From assembly GCA_903848275.1 (NCBI GenBank), contig CAINGB010000001.1, forward strand, positions 1,175 to 65,174: a DNA stretch of 64,000 nucleotides, in the 5' to 3' direction. This stretch comes from Candidatus Uhrbacteria bacterium (GTDB lineage: Bacteria > Patescibacteriota > Patescibacteriia > UBA9934). The notes beneath the pieces were generated by a model, which worked only from the letters and a program-made list of their open reading frames with translations, ran no database searches and was not told where the DNA came from. This document shows positions 29,333 through 39,196 of this stretch, piece by piece. Each line of letters opens with the position of its first letter. The stretch's first letter is position 1. Both the position numbers and the translations under genes were made by a program.

Positions 29333-29827
29333 TTAATTACCAGCTCCGACAAACAAATTATAAATCGCCTTAACAATCGGATCGACATCCGGCCCGTACA
29401 CCATAGCCCCACCAAGCGAACCAGTGATAAGTAATAATGCTAAGCCCAAAATAGACAAGGGAATGGCTACCCATGGCTGCAACATACTTTCTGCCAAACG
29501 GATAATCTGTTCGTTGAAGTACTTACGCAACAACAAAACCAAATGCGACAATGCTAAAATGCCGAAAGCTAAGGTGGTATAAAGGGCAAAGTGATCGTGC
29601 ACCTCTAGTACCTTTGACACCGTACCGTGCTGCTCTGCCGTTTGCTTGAGCAACCAACCAGAAAAGAAAGTCACCACACTGGTCGCTGAGCCAATTATTA
29701 CTAGCGCTGACTTCAACGGGAACCACCAGGTCGCTCGTACTAACTTAGGTAAACGAACCACCTCCACAGCTACATAGACGCTGAGCAAAGCAATTGGGAA
29801 GTGAACAAAGACTGGATGTAGGTCCAT
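29333..29827 (-). CDS. DUF2231-family membrane protein
   Basis: LHPVFVHFPIAL, TGSLGGAMVYG. Confidence 0.8.
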   Translation of the reverse strand: MDLHPVFVHFPIALLSVYVAVEVVRLPKLVRATWWFPLKSALVIIGSATSVVTFFSGWLLKQTAEQHGTVSKVLEVHDHFALYTTLAFGILALSHLVLLLRKYFNEQIIRLAESMLQPWVAIPLSILGLALLLITGSLGGAMVYGPDVDPIVKAIYNLFVGAGN

Positions 29828-29875
29828 AAATCAATATTATTGTCGAGCTGCTCTAAACAGTATACGATGCACAGT

Positions 29876-30364
29876 ATGAAACGCCAAGGCATCCACATTT
29901 TTAACCGCCCTCTCGGCCTCGTCCTCATCACTGTCTATAAAGTCTTGTGGGGCTTTGTTGAATGTTGTCTTGGCCTCCTGGCTATCTGGTCTGCCTCCCT
30001 TGTTTTTGGCGAATTAGCCGAAGATCCGCAAGACATCTTCGTCAACTTCGTCCTACACCACACCGCCTATTCCACCGGCAGCGCCATCCACGTCGGCGTG
30101 CTCTTCTTCTTACTCGGCTTCACCAAACTCGCCATCGCTTACGGCCTCTGGTATCGCTCCTGGAAAATCCGCCGCACCCTCATCATCTTCCTCTCCATCG
30201 TCACCGTCTTCACCCTCTTTGATTTCGCCATTCACTGGACTTTCTTCAAGGCCTTCGCCCTCCTGGCCGACTTCCTGGTCCTCTATTACCTCTGGCGCAT
30301 CCTCCCGCACCACCTCAAGGATCACGACGTCGGCTTGGTGCCGGAAGTTACAACTCAAACTTAA
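29876..30364 (+). CDS. DUF2127-family membrane protein
   Basis: YKVLWG, ELAEDPQD, GLW; 4 TM segments. Confidence 0.7.
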   Translation: MKRQGIHIFNRPLGLVLITVYKVLWGFVECCLGLLAIWSASLVFGELAEDPQDIFVNFVLHHTAYSTGSAIHVGVLFFLLGFTKLAIAYGLWYRSWKIRRTLIIFLSIVTVFTLFDFAIHWTFFKAFALLADFLVLYYLWRILPHHLKDHDVGLVPEVTTQT

Positions 30365-30416
30365 ATCGTACTTTAATATTCTGTTCAGAAATGATATAAT
30401 CGAACTAACAACGATT

Positions 30417-31088
30417 ATGTCATATACTCAACAAACCAAAAATACAGCTATTAAACTACGTCGACGTGGACTTTCTATTTTAGTAATTGCCGCAAAATTA
30501 CAAATAGCTAAAAGCACCATCTCGCTTTGGGTTAAAGACGTCCCTCTCCCGCTAGAACTTCGTGAGAAATTACAACAAAACTTCGTTAACGGTCGTGCTA
30601 AAGGTTCGGCTATCGGTAAAGCTAAACGAGCCATCGTACGAGAGAACATGACCAAAGCCACAAGTTTAGACGTTGCTCGACTTCCTGATACCAAATCCTT
30701 TTGGCGTCTCGTCGCCGCCCTTCTTTATTGGTGCGAAGGTGGCAAACAAAGTCTCTCCAGCGGAATCAATTTCAGTAACTCAGACCCAGAACTAATGAAG
30801 ACCTTTATCACCGCTCTGCGCCATGGCTTCACTCTAGACGAGTCAAAATTCCGCGTTTTACTTCATTTACACGAATATCATGACGAAGCAAAACAACAAA
30901 CCTTCTGGTCTAAAGTCACTGGCATCCCCATCACCCAATTCCAAAAAACCTATCAAAAGCCCCATACCGGCAAACGTAAACACCTCAATTATGAGGGTTG
31001 TGCATCACTTCGCTACTATAATGCTGGTATTGTCAAAAACCTGATTATCCTATACAGTCAGTTCGCAAAACACAGCGAAGGGACGTAG
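30417..31088 (+). CDS. HTH plus degenerate LAGLIDADG-like protein, overlapping tRNA-Trp
   Basis: AIKLRRRGLS..IAAKLQIAKSTISLW; LYWCEGGK...FSNSDP; stop codon lies inside the tRNA. Confidence 0.75.
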   Translation: MSYTQQTKNTAIKLRRRGLSILVIAAKLQIAKSTISLWVKDVPLPLELREKLQQNFVNGRAKGSAIGKAKRAIVRENMTKATSLDVARLPDTKSFWRLVAALLYWCEGGKQSLSSGINFSNSDPELMKTFITALRHGFTLDESKFRVLLHLHEYHDEAKQQTFWSKVTGIPITQFQKTYQKPHTGKRKHLNYEGCASLRYYNAGIVKNLIILYSQFAKHSEGT

Positions 31089-31153
31089 TGAAATGGCTAT
31101 CACAAATCTCTCCAAAAGATTTATTCAGGGTTCGAATCCCTGCGTCCCTGCCA
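31079..31153 (+). tRNA. tRNA-Trp(CCA)
   Basis: AGGGACG/CGTCCCT acceptor stem, AATCT-CTCCAAA-AGATT anticodon arm, GTTCGAAT, CCA. Confidence 0.93.
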
Positions 31154-31311
31154 AGAGCCGGTTTGGTGTTTATGACCGCTTTCCTAGTGGAAAGTGATCG
31201 GGTTCCGGGAGACCGGAGTCCCATCAAACCAGTTGCTGAAAAACCACCACAGTCGTGGTGGTTTTTCAATGATTTGAAAGGTATACTCTGTCTGATTTTG
31301 AAAACCTATTT

Positions 31312-33279
31312 ATGGTAATAGACAAGGTCTCAATTCAAAATTTTCGTTCTATTGAAGACGAGACACTTTTTTGTTCCGAGCTTACTGCCCTTGTTGGAAG
31401 AAATGGATCCGGCAAATCGTCATTTTTACGTGCATTAGAATTATTCTATAGCCTCGGACCAAAGGTGGATGCAGAAGATTTTTATAATCGTGACACAAAC
31501 CGAGAGATCGTTATTGCTGTAACTTACAAAGAACTAAATAGTGAGGCTCTTTCACTTTTTGAAAAATACGCACAAGATGGAGCATTGACCGTTGAGAGAG
31601 TCGTTACTCTAAAAGAAGGCAAAGCAAACTTTTCGTACCATGGATCGTCTTTACAAAATGCAAGGTGCACAGATGTGCGTGAGGCACTGACTTTAACTGA
31701 TAAAGCCAAGACTGCAAAAGAGAAGTATACAAAGCTGAAGGCAGAAGCATCGTTCACCACTCTTCCGAATGCCACAACAAAAGAAGCCATAGCTATCGCA
31801 CTGAAGGACTGGGAAACAGCAAATCCTACTCAATGCGAACGTGCCCGCGATGATGGAAAGTTTTTCGGTTTCACTTCTGTGGCAAACGGATACCTTGGGA
31901 GATTCACAAAGTTTTTATTTATTCCTGCAGTCCGTGACGCTTCACAGGACGCAAATGATGGAGCTTCCTCGCCCATAGAGGGGTTAATGAATTTAGTTGT
32001 TCGTAGCGTCCTTGCCAGCAAGCCAGCATTATCCGAATTAAAAAAGTCGACACAGCAACAATTTAGTGAACTCATGGATCCATCAAAGTTAACTGAACTC
32101 AACGATTTGGCTGGCGGTATGACGCAAACTCTCCAGAGTTTTGTGCCAGAAGCAAGTATTGAAATGTCGTGGCAAAAACTTAATGATATTGAATTTCCAC
32201 TCCCTAAAGCAGACACAAAATTAAATCAGGATGGGTATGCATCTCCTGTTGCGCGAGCAGGTCACGGATTACAGAGAGCGTTTATCATCACTGCACTACA
32301 GCATTTAGTTTTAGCACAACAAAAATCCAATTCATCGTCGGATTCATCATCACCGGTTACGCTACCGGTACTTGTTTTGGCAATTGAAGAGCCGGAACTG
32401 TATCAGCATCCAAATAGTCAGCACCATCTGGCAAAAATTATTCTTGAAATCGCGCGAGGTAAAACTCCGGGCGTCGCAGAAAAAACTCAAGTGATCTATG
32501 GAACCCATTCACCATACTTTGTAGGTATTGATCGAATAAATCAAATCAGATTACTCCGGAAACGATCTTCTGCTAGTGTTGCCAATCCGAAGGTGACGCA
32601 TGTTGTCCAAACAGATATAGAAAAAGTTGCTAAAAAAGTTTGGGAGGTAAATGGAAGCATCGGCGCAACGTATACTGGCGCGACCTTACTACCCAGGCTA
32701 GCCTCTATCATGAGCCCGTCCATGAATGAAGGATTTTTCGCCGATGTCGCAGTGTTGGTTGAAGGCGAAGGTGATGTGGCGACTATCACAGGAACAGCAG
32801 AGGCGCTAGGGCATGATTTTGCAAGTCTGGGTATTTCGGTAATAGCTTGTTGCGGTAAAGAAAGTATTGATCGACCAGCGATAATTTTTTCTGATTTAGG
32901 CATTGAAACTTTTGTAGTTTGGGACTCAGACAAGGGAAAGAAAGACGCCAAGAAAGAATTGAACCATAACATGCAGCGACTCGTTGGCGCGAAGCTAGAA
33001 GATTTTCCGCCAACGCAGGTTAGCGATAAATATGCGTGTTTTGAAGTCGAGCTGGAGGATACTCTAAGCAAGGAGATTGGAACGAACTTTGAAACATATT
33101 TGCAGGCTATTCAGAATGAGTTAGGGATTCCAAGACGTAACCAAGCAATTAAGAACCCTGTTGTTATTTCTCGTATACTAAGGGCAGCTAAAGCTAATGG
33201 TGAAAAGTCAGTAACGCTTGAATCAATCGTCGAAAAAATTGTTCAATTAAGGGAGCCTGGTAGATCCTTGAAAGAGTAG
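31312..33279 (+). CDS. OLD-family ATP-dependent nuclease (ABC ATPase + TOPRIM)
   Basis: IQNFRSI, GRNGSGKS, GHGLQR, IEEPELYQHP, THSP, VEGEGD, WDSD. Confidence 0.9.
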   Translation: MVIDKVSIQNFRSIEDETLFCSELTALVGRNGSGKSSFLRALELFYSLGPKVDAEDFYNRDTNREIVIAVTYKELNSEALSLFEKYAQDGALTVERVVTLKEGKANFSYHGSSLQNARCTDVREALTLTDKAKTAKEKYTKLKAEASFTTLPNATTKEAIAIALKDWETANPTQCERARDDGKFFGFTSVANGYLGRFTKFLFIPAVRDASQDANDGASSPIEGLMNLVVRSVLASKPALSELKKSTQQQFSELMDPSKLTELNDLAGGMTQTLQSFVPEASIEMSWQKLNDIEFPLPKADTKLNQDGYASPVARAGHGLQRAFIITALQHLVLAQQKSNSSSDSSSPVTLPVLVLAIEEPELYQHPNSQHHLAKIILEIARGKTPGVAEKTQVIYGTHSPYFVGIDRINQIRLLRKRSSASVANPKVTHVVQTDIEKVAKKVWEVNGSIGATYTGATLLPRLASIMSPSMNEGFFADVAVLVEGEGDVATITGTAEALGHDFASLGISVIACCGKESIDRPAIIFSDLGIETFVVWDSDKGKKDAKKELNHNMQRLVGAKLEDFPPTQVSDKYACFEVELEDTLSKEIGTNFETYLQAIQNELGIPRRNQAIKNPVVISRILRAAKANGEKSVTLESIVEKIVQLREPGRSLKE

Positions 33280-33368
33280 TGTTTTTTTGAGAGAATATAG
33301 TTGTTACTAAAAATTCATAAGCTTCTCGAGGGACTTGATAACCGAGCTACCATCTAAATAAATAGCGT

Positions 33369-34931
33369 ATGACTAAGGAGCAAGAACGGACAGAGCTACA
33401 CCGCGCTATTTGGCAGATCGCTAATGATCTTCGTGGAAGCGTAGACGGATGGGATTTCAAGCAGTACGTGCTTGGAATGCTCTTTTATCGTTTTATCAGC
33501 GAGAATTTAACCAACTACATCAACGCCGATGAGCGTCGCGCGGGAAAGCAAAGTTTCGACTATACAAACCTTTCTGATAAAGATGCCGAATTTGGTCGCG
33601 CTGACACGGTGAAAGAAAAAGGGTTTTATATCTTACCAAGTGACCTTTTTGTTAATGTTCGCAGCCATGCCCGCAACAACGCGAACCTTAACGAAGCCCT
33701 TGTAAATGTCTTCCGTAACATCGAAAGTTCCGCGAAGGGATTTGAGAGCGAGGACGACATCAAGGGTTTGTTTCAGGATCTCGACGTTAACTCACCAAAG
33801 CTCGGAAATAGCGTCGAACAGCGAAACCAAAAGCTCGTGAAGCTTCTTGAAGCTATTGGCGATCTTCGTCTTGGAAACTATTCGGACAATAGCATCGATG
33901 CTTTCGGTGACGCATATGAGTATTTAATGGGAATGTACGCTGCGGATGCAGGTCGATCCGGTGGCGAATATTACACCCCACAAGAAGTTAGTGAACTTCT
34001 TGCTGAGATTACCACAGTCGGCAAAACAGAAGTGAATAAAGTTTACGATCCGGCTTGTGGTTCCGGCTCTCTTCTTTTGAAATTTGCCAAGGTACTCGGC
34101 AAAGAAAATGTGCGACAAGGTTTTTACGGTCAAGAGATCAACCTCACCACCTACAACCTTTGCCGCATTAACATGTTCTTGCACGATATTAACTACAACC
34201 ATTTTAATATCGGGCTTGGCGATACCCTCACTGATCCGAAGCACTGGGACGACGAGCCGTTCGATGCCATCGTTTCTAACCCGCCCTATTCCATTAGCTG
34301 GGAGGGCGACGCCAACCCACTGCTGATCAACGACCCTCGATTTGCTCCCGCTGGTGTACTCGCGCCAAAGAGCAAAGCTGACCTCGCCTTTGCCATGCAC
34401 ATGCTCTCTTGGCTCTCAACGAGCGGCACTGCCGCTATCGTTGAGTTCCCGGGAGTTCTTTATCGCGGTGGCGCAGAACGGCAGATTCGTAAATATCTCG
34501 TTGACAATAATTACGTCGACACGGTGATTCAGCTTCCGTCTGATTTGTTTTTCGGTACAACTATTGGTACCTGCATTATTGTGCTCAAAAAGAGCAAAAA
34601 GAATAATAAAACACTTTTTATCGACGCATCGGCTGAATTTGTACGAAGTGGAAACAAAAATAAACTTTCTGATACAAATCGTGCCAGAATTTTGGAGGCG
34701 TTCACAAATCGTCAGGATATTAAGTACTTTGCAAAGCTCGTCGACAACCAAACGGTCGCGGACAATGATTACACTATTGCCGTATCAAGCTATGTTATTG
34801 CTGAAGATACTCGCGAGGCGATAAATATCACGGAACTTAATGCAAAAATTGCAAAGATCGTTTCGAGACAAGGCGAATTACGTACCGCTATCGATGCGAT
34901 CGTAAACGATATTGAGGGGTCAAATAATTGA
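33369..34931 (+). CDS. hsdM: Type I R-M methyltransferase subunit
   Basis: GEYYTP, DPACGSG, NPPY. Confidence 0.97.
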   Translation: MTKEQERTELHRAIWQIANDLRGSVDGWDFKQYVLGMLFYRFISENLTNYINADERRAGKQSFDYTNLSDKDAEFGRADTVKEKGFYILPSDLFVNVRSHARNNANLNEALVNVFRNIESSAKGFESEDDIKGLFQDLDVNSPKLGNSVEQRNQKLVKLLEAIGDLRLGNYSDNSIDAFGDAYEYLMGMYAADAGRSGGEYYTPQEVSELLAEITTVGKTEVNKVYDPACGSGSLLLKFAKVLGKENVRQGFYGQEINLTTYNLCRINMFLHDINYNHFNIGLGDTLTDPKHWDDEPFDAIVSNPPYSISWEGDANPLLINDPRFAPAGVLAPKSKADLAFAMHMLSWLSTSGTAAIVEFPGVLYRGGAERQIRKYLVDNNYVDTVIQLPSDLFFGTTIGTCIIVLKKSKKNNKTLFIDASAEFVRSGNKNKLSDTNRARILEAFTNRQDIKYFAKLVDNQTVADNDYTIAVSSYVIAEDTREAINITELNAKIAKIVSRQGELRTAIDAIVNDIEGSNN

Positions 34932-34935
34932 TCAT

Positions 34936-36156
34936 ATGAGTAAGATTGATCAATTGATTAGTGAATTATGCCCAGAGGGAGTGGAGTTTAAAACGATAGG
35001 AGAATTTGTTGAATTTGCAAAAGGAGCAAGTATTCCTCGAGCCAGAACCTCGGTTGATTATGAAGTTCCGTACCTACATTACGGCGATGTCTACAAGTTG
35101 TATAAAAAAGAGGTCGATCTTGATGTTGTTTATAATTCAATCATTAAGGTCTCATCACATGAGAGAGTTCGCGAAAATCAATATATTCAGACGGGAGATA
35201 TCGTTTATAACCTAACCTCAGAAACGAAAGAGGATTTGGGTAAGGCTATCGTGGTTATCAATAATAGCGGACGGAAATTTATTGCAGGAACCGAAACAAC
35301 TGTAATGAAAATTACACGGAAGGATCTTGTCGATCCATGTTTTTTGAACTATGTGTTGATGACGGAGTGGTATTTGCAGGAGTTCAGACAACATACAACT
35401 GGCACCAAAGTCTACCGTGTTCATCCCCGTGCCATTGCAAAAATCTCGATCCCTCTTCCGCCACTTGTGATTCAAAGAGAGATCGTTAACATTCTTGATA
35501 GGTTCACAGAGCTGGAGACAGAGCTGGAGACAGAGCTGGAGACAGAGCTGGAGACAAGAATGATGCAATACGACTACTATCGTTCAGAGGTTCTGACATC
35601 ATCTGATTCAGAGAGAGCGATATCTGACGTCTGTGGGATTAGTAGAGGAAGAGTGATGTCGAGGGATTATCTCAGAGCGAACGTGGGCGAATATCCGGTT
35701 TATTCTTCGCAAACTGCCAACGATGGAATTTTCGGATACATCGATACTTACGATTACGAAGGTGAATACGTAACCTGGACAACAGACGGAGCGAACGCAG
35801 GATCAATTTTTTACCGCAATGGAAAATTTAGTATCACGAATGTCTGCGGGCTCTTAAAAGTTACCGCTGATGATGTTAATGCAAAATTTCTCACGTATAT
35901 CCTCGGTACTGTTTCAAAAAAATATGTTAGTGCGGGCATGGGAAACCCGAAGCTGATGAGCAACGTTATGGCTAATATCAAGGTGCGAATTCCCACCTTG
36001 ATCGAACAAGAGCGTATCGTAACCTTACTCGACAAATTCGATACCCTAGTGAACGATATCTCCATTGGTCTCCCAGCTGAACTCGCGGCACGTCGAAAAC
36101 AGTATGAGTACTATCGGAGCAAGCTCCTGACTTTCAAAGAATATGCCAAAAGCTAA
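34936..36156 (+). CDS. hsdS: Type I R-M specificity subunit (type IC-like)
   Basis: LCPEGVEF, IPLPPL..QREIV.ILD, (TELE)x4, RKQYEYYRSKLL. Confidence 0.95.
   Translation: MSKIDQLISELCPEGVEFKTIGEFVEFAKGASIPRARTSVDYEVPYLHYGDVYKLYKKEVDLDVVYNSIIKVSSHERVRENQYIQTGDIVYNLTSETKEDLGKAIVVINNSGRKFIAGTETTVMKITRKDLVDPCFLNYVLMTEWYLQEFRQHTTGTKVYRVHPRAIAKISIPLPPLVIQREIVNILDRFTELETELETELETELETRMMQYDYYRSEVLTSSDSERAISDVCGISRGRVMSRDYLRANVGEYPVYSSQTANDGIFGYIDTYDYEGEYVTWTTDGANAGSIFYRNGKFSITNVCGLLKVTADDVNAKFLTYILGTVSKKYVSAGMGNPKLMSNVMANIKVRIPTLIEQERIVTLLDKFDTLVNDISIGLPAELAARRKQYEYYRSKLLTFKEYAKS
35506..35556 (+). repeat. 12-bp tandem repeat ACAGAGCTGGAG x4 in hsdS
   Basis: Direct reading; encodes TELE repeats. Confidence 0.95.
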
Positions 36157-39100
36157 GAAATATAATCTTGTTGCAGAGAGTGCTCAAAGCACGGTCGTCG
36201 CTGAATATACGCCAGACGACAAGCGAGCCTCGTACTATCAAAGCGAGGCTGATCTTGAGCGTGCACTTATTAAACAGCTCGAGGCGCAGGCGTATGAGTA
36301 TGTCGCTATTACCTCTGAGGCGGATTTGGTGGTCAATCTACGTAAGCAGTTGGAGAATTTGAACGACTTTGCTTTTACCGACAGTGAATGGGATCAATTC
36401 TTTGCGGGTGAGATTGCCAATCCAAATCAAAGCATTGAAGAAAAGACGGCTACTATTCAGGAGGATCATATCAGGACTCTCACGCGCGATGATGGAAGCG
36501 TGAAGAATATTTATCTTCTCAAGAAAGACAACGTTCATAACAATAGCGTACAGGTGATTAACCAGTACGCGACCGATGAAGGACGGCGCAGCAACCGTTA
36601 CGATGTTACCGTTCTCGTGAATGGACTCCCAATGGTACACATCGAGCTCAAGCGTCGTGGAGTAGCAATTCAAGAAGCCTTCAATCAGATCAATCGTTAT
36701 CAGCGCGAAAGCTTCTGGGCTGCGGCTGGGCTTTTTGAATACGTTCAGCTGTTTGTTATTTCAAACGGCACACACACGAAGTATTACAGCAATACCACGC
36801 GCTCACAGCATGTTAAAGACAGTGTTGATGGTGCAGTAAAGAAAGGCAAACGCACGAGCAATAGCTTTGAATTCACAAGCTGGTGGGCGGATGCAACGAA
36901 TCGTCCGATTACGGATTTAATGGACTTCGCGAAAACCTTCTTTGCTAAGCACGCGCTTTTGAACATCTTGACTCGTTACTGCGTATTTACAAGCGATCAC
37001 CTGTTGTTAGTGATGCGTCCGTACCAAATCGTAGCGACCGAACGAATTCTCAGTCGTATCGAGATTAGTACGAATTATAAAAAGTTGGGCACCGTGGAGG
37101 CTGGTGGCTACATCTGGCACACCACGGGATCTGGAAAGACGCTCACGAGCTTTAAGACAGCGCAGTTAGCAAGCAAGCTTCCCCACATCGATAAAGTCAT
37201 CTTCGTGGTAGACCGCAAGGATTTGGACTACCAAACCATGCTCGAGTATGACAAATTCGAGAAGGGTGCCGCCAATAGCAACACGAGCACTGCGATTCTT
37301 GGACGCCAGCTCGAAAATTCGAATTCGCGCATCATTGTTACCACCATCCAAAAGCTCGATCGTTTCATCGGTCGCAATTTCAACCACTCAATTTTTGATG
37401 GTCATGTCGTGATTATTTTTGACGAATGCCACCGTTCGCAGTTTGGCGACATGCACACAGCGATCACAAAAGCCTTCAAAAATTATCACCTTTTCGGTTT
37501 TACCGGAACGCCAATTTTTGCTGCCAATGCCTCATCGGGTAGTCATCCTGACCTCAAAACAACAGAACAAGCCTTCGGAGAAAAGCTTCACACCTACACC
37601 ATCGTTGATGCAATTGCCGACAAGAATGTCCTACCCTTTAAGGTTGATTACGTCTCCACCGTTCGCGAAGCAGAAAACATTGAAGATAAGAAAGTTAGCG
37701 ACATTGACCGCGAGGCTATTCTTGCCGCTCCAGAACGGCTATCAAATATCGTTGGTTATATTCGTGAACATTTTGATCAAAAGACAAAGCGCAACAGCTT
37801 CTATCAATTGAAGGATCGGCGACTGGCAGGGTTTAACTCGATCTTTGCTGTTTCTTCAATTGAGATGGCCAAGAAATATTACGCAGAGTTCAAGAAGCAA
37901 CTTGCCGGCATCCCGAGCGATAAGCATTTGAAAATCGCAACTATCTTCAGCTTTGGAGTGAATGACGAAGATGCCGATGGCATGATCGATGAGAACTCGG
38001 AGGACACGAGTGGTCTCGACGTCAGCTCGCGAGACTTCTTGGAGAATGCCATCGTCGACTATAACGCCATGTTCGGCACATCGTACGACACATCAGCTGA
38101 CAAGTTCCAGAATTACTATAAAGACGTAAGTTTGCGGGTGAAGAATCGAGAGATCGACGTACTCATTGTTGTGAACATGTTCCTCACCGGTTTTGATGCA
38201 ACAACGCTCAATACGTTGTGGGTAGATAAGAACCTTCGTTTGCACGGACTGCTCCAAGCATATTCGCGTACAAACCGCATTCTCAATAGTGTAAAAACCT
38301 TCGGCAACATCGTCTGCTTCCGCAACTTAGAAAAAGCAACAAACGAAGCAATCGCGCTTTTTGGCGATAAGGAAGCGAGTGGAATCGTTCTTCTTAAGGC
38401 TTACGCTGATTATTACCACGGTTACAAAAACGAGGGTAAGGAAGTGCGGGGTTATGAAAGCCTGGTAAATGAATTGATGGAAAGATTCCCTGTCGGGGAA
38501 AGAATTCTCGGCGAACAAGATCAAAAGGACTTCATCAAGTTGTACGGTGCAATTTTGCGCGTACGCAACATTTTGACCACCTTCGATGAATTCGCCGGCC
38601 ATGAGATTTTGACCGAACGTGATGTTCAGGACTATCACAGCGCGTACATCGACATTTACAATGAGTTCCGAAAAAACGTAAAAGATGAAAAGGAGAACGT
38701 GAACGACGACGTTGTTTTTGAAATGGAATTAATCAAGCAGGTAGAGATCAATATCGATCACGTTTTGAACCTCATTAAGCAATATCACGAGGATCATACG
38801 AAGAATCGAGAACTTTTGGTTGACATTAATAAGGCGATTGATTCCAGTGTTGAGTTGCGTAACAAAAAGGATCTTCTTAACCAATTCATCACATCGCTTG
38901 ATGTTCATTCGGTGGTTGACAGCGATTGGCGTGAATTCGTGGACAAAAAGAAGCTTGAGGAACTCGAAGAAATTATTGCTCATGAAAATCTTGATCATGA
39001 TGCAACGTTTACCTTCGTGCGGAATGCATTTCGTGACGGCAATATTGTAGGGAATGGAACAGCAATCGCGAAAGTGCTTCCTCCTGTATCTCGCTTCTCC

Positions 39101-39196
39101 CCAACGGGCGAGCGCACGAAAAAGCGCGAGAGCGTCTTGGGGAAACTAACACATTTCTTTGAGAGATTCTTCGACATTTCCGGAGGTGACCTTTAA
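36143..39196 (+). CDS. hsdR: Type I R-M restriction subunit
   Basis: YD...IELK nuclease motif, HTTGSGKT, DECHRSQ, FTGTP, LTGFD. Confidence 0.97.
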   Translation: MPKAKKYNLVAESAQSTVVAEYTPDDKRASYYQSEADLERALIKQLEAQAYEYVAITSEADLVVNLRKQLENLNDFAFTDSEWDQFFAGEIANPNQSIEEKTATIQEDHIRTLTRDDGSVKNIYLLKKDNVHNNSVQVINQYATDEGRRSNRYDVTVLVNGLPMVHIELKRRGVAIQEAFNQINRYQRESFWAAAGLFEYVQLFVISNGTHTKYYSNTTRSQHVKDSVDGAVKKGKRTSNSFEFTSWWADATNRPITDLMDFAKTFFAKHALLNILTRYCVFTSDHLLLVMRPYQIVATERILSRIEISTNYKKLGTVEAGGYIWHTTGSGKTLTSFKTAQLASKLPHIDKVIFVVDRKDLDYQTMLEYDKFEKGAANSNTSTAILGRQLENSNSRIIVTTIQKLDRFIGRNFNHSIFDGHVVIIFDECHRSQFGDMHTAITKAFKNYHLFGFTGTPIFAANASSGSHPDLKTTEQAFGEKLHTYTIVDAIADKNVLPFKVDYVSTVREAENIEDKKVSDIDREAILAAPERLSNIVGYIREHFDQKTKRNSFYQLKDRRLAGFNSIFAVSSIEMAKKYYAEFKKQLAGIPSDKHLKIATIFSFGVNDEDADGMIDENSEDTSGLDVSSRDFLENAIVDYNAMFGTSYDTSADKFQNYYKDVSLRVKNREIDVLIVVNMFLTGFDATTLNTLWVDKNLRLHGLLQAYSRTNRILNSVKTFGNIVCFRNLEKATNEAIALFGDKEASGIVLLKAYADYYHGYKNEGKEVRGYESLVNELMERFPVGERILGEQDQKDFIKLYGAILRVRNILTTFDEFAGHEILTERDVQDYHSAYIDIYNEFRKNVKDEKENVNDDVVFEMELIKQVEINIDHVLNLIKQYHEDHTKNRELLVDINKAIDSSVELRNKKDLLNQFITSLDVHSVVDSDWREFVDKKKLEELEEIIAHENLDHDATFTFVRNAFRDGNIVGNGTAIAKVLPPVSRFSPTGERTKKRESVLGKLTHFFERFFDISGGDL

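Noticed and set aside
31312-33279. Gabija or retron-associated OLD
   Set aside because: No UvrD-like GajB or reverse transcriptase adjacent
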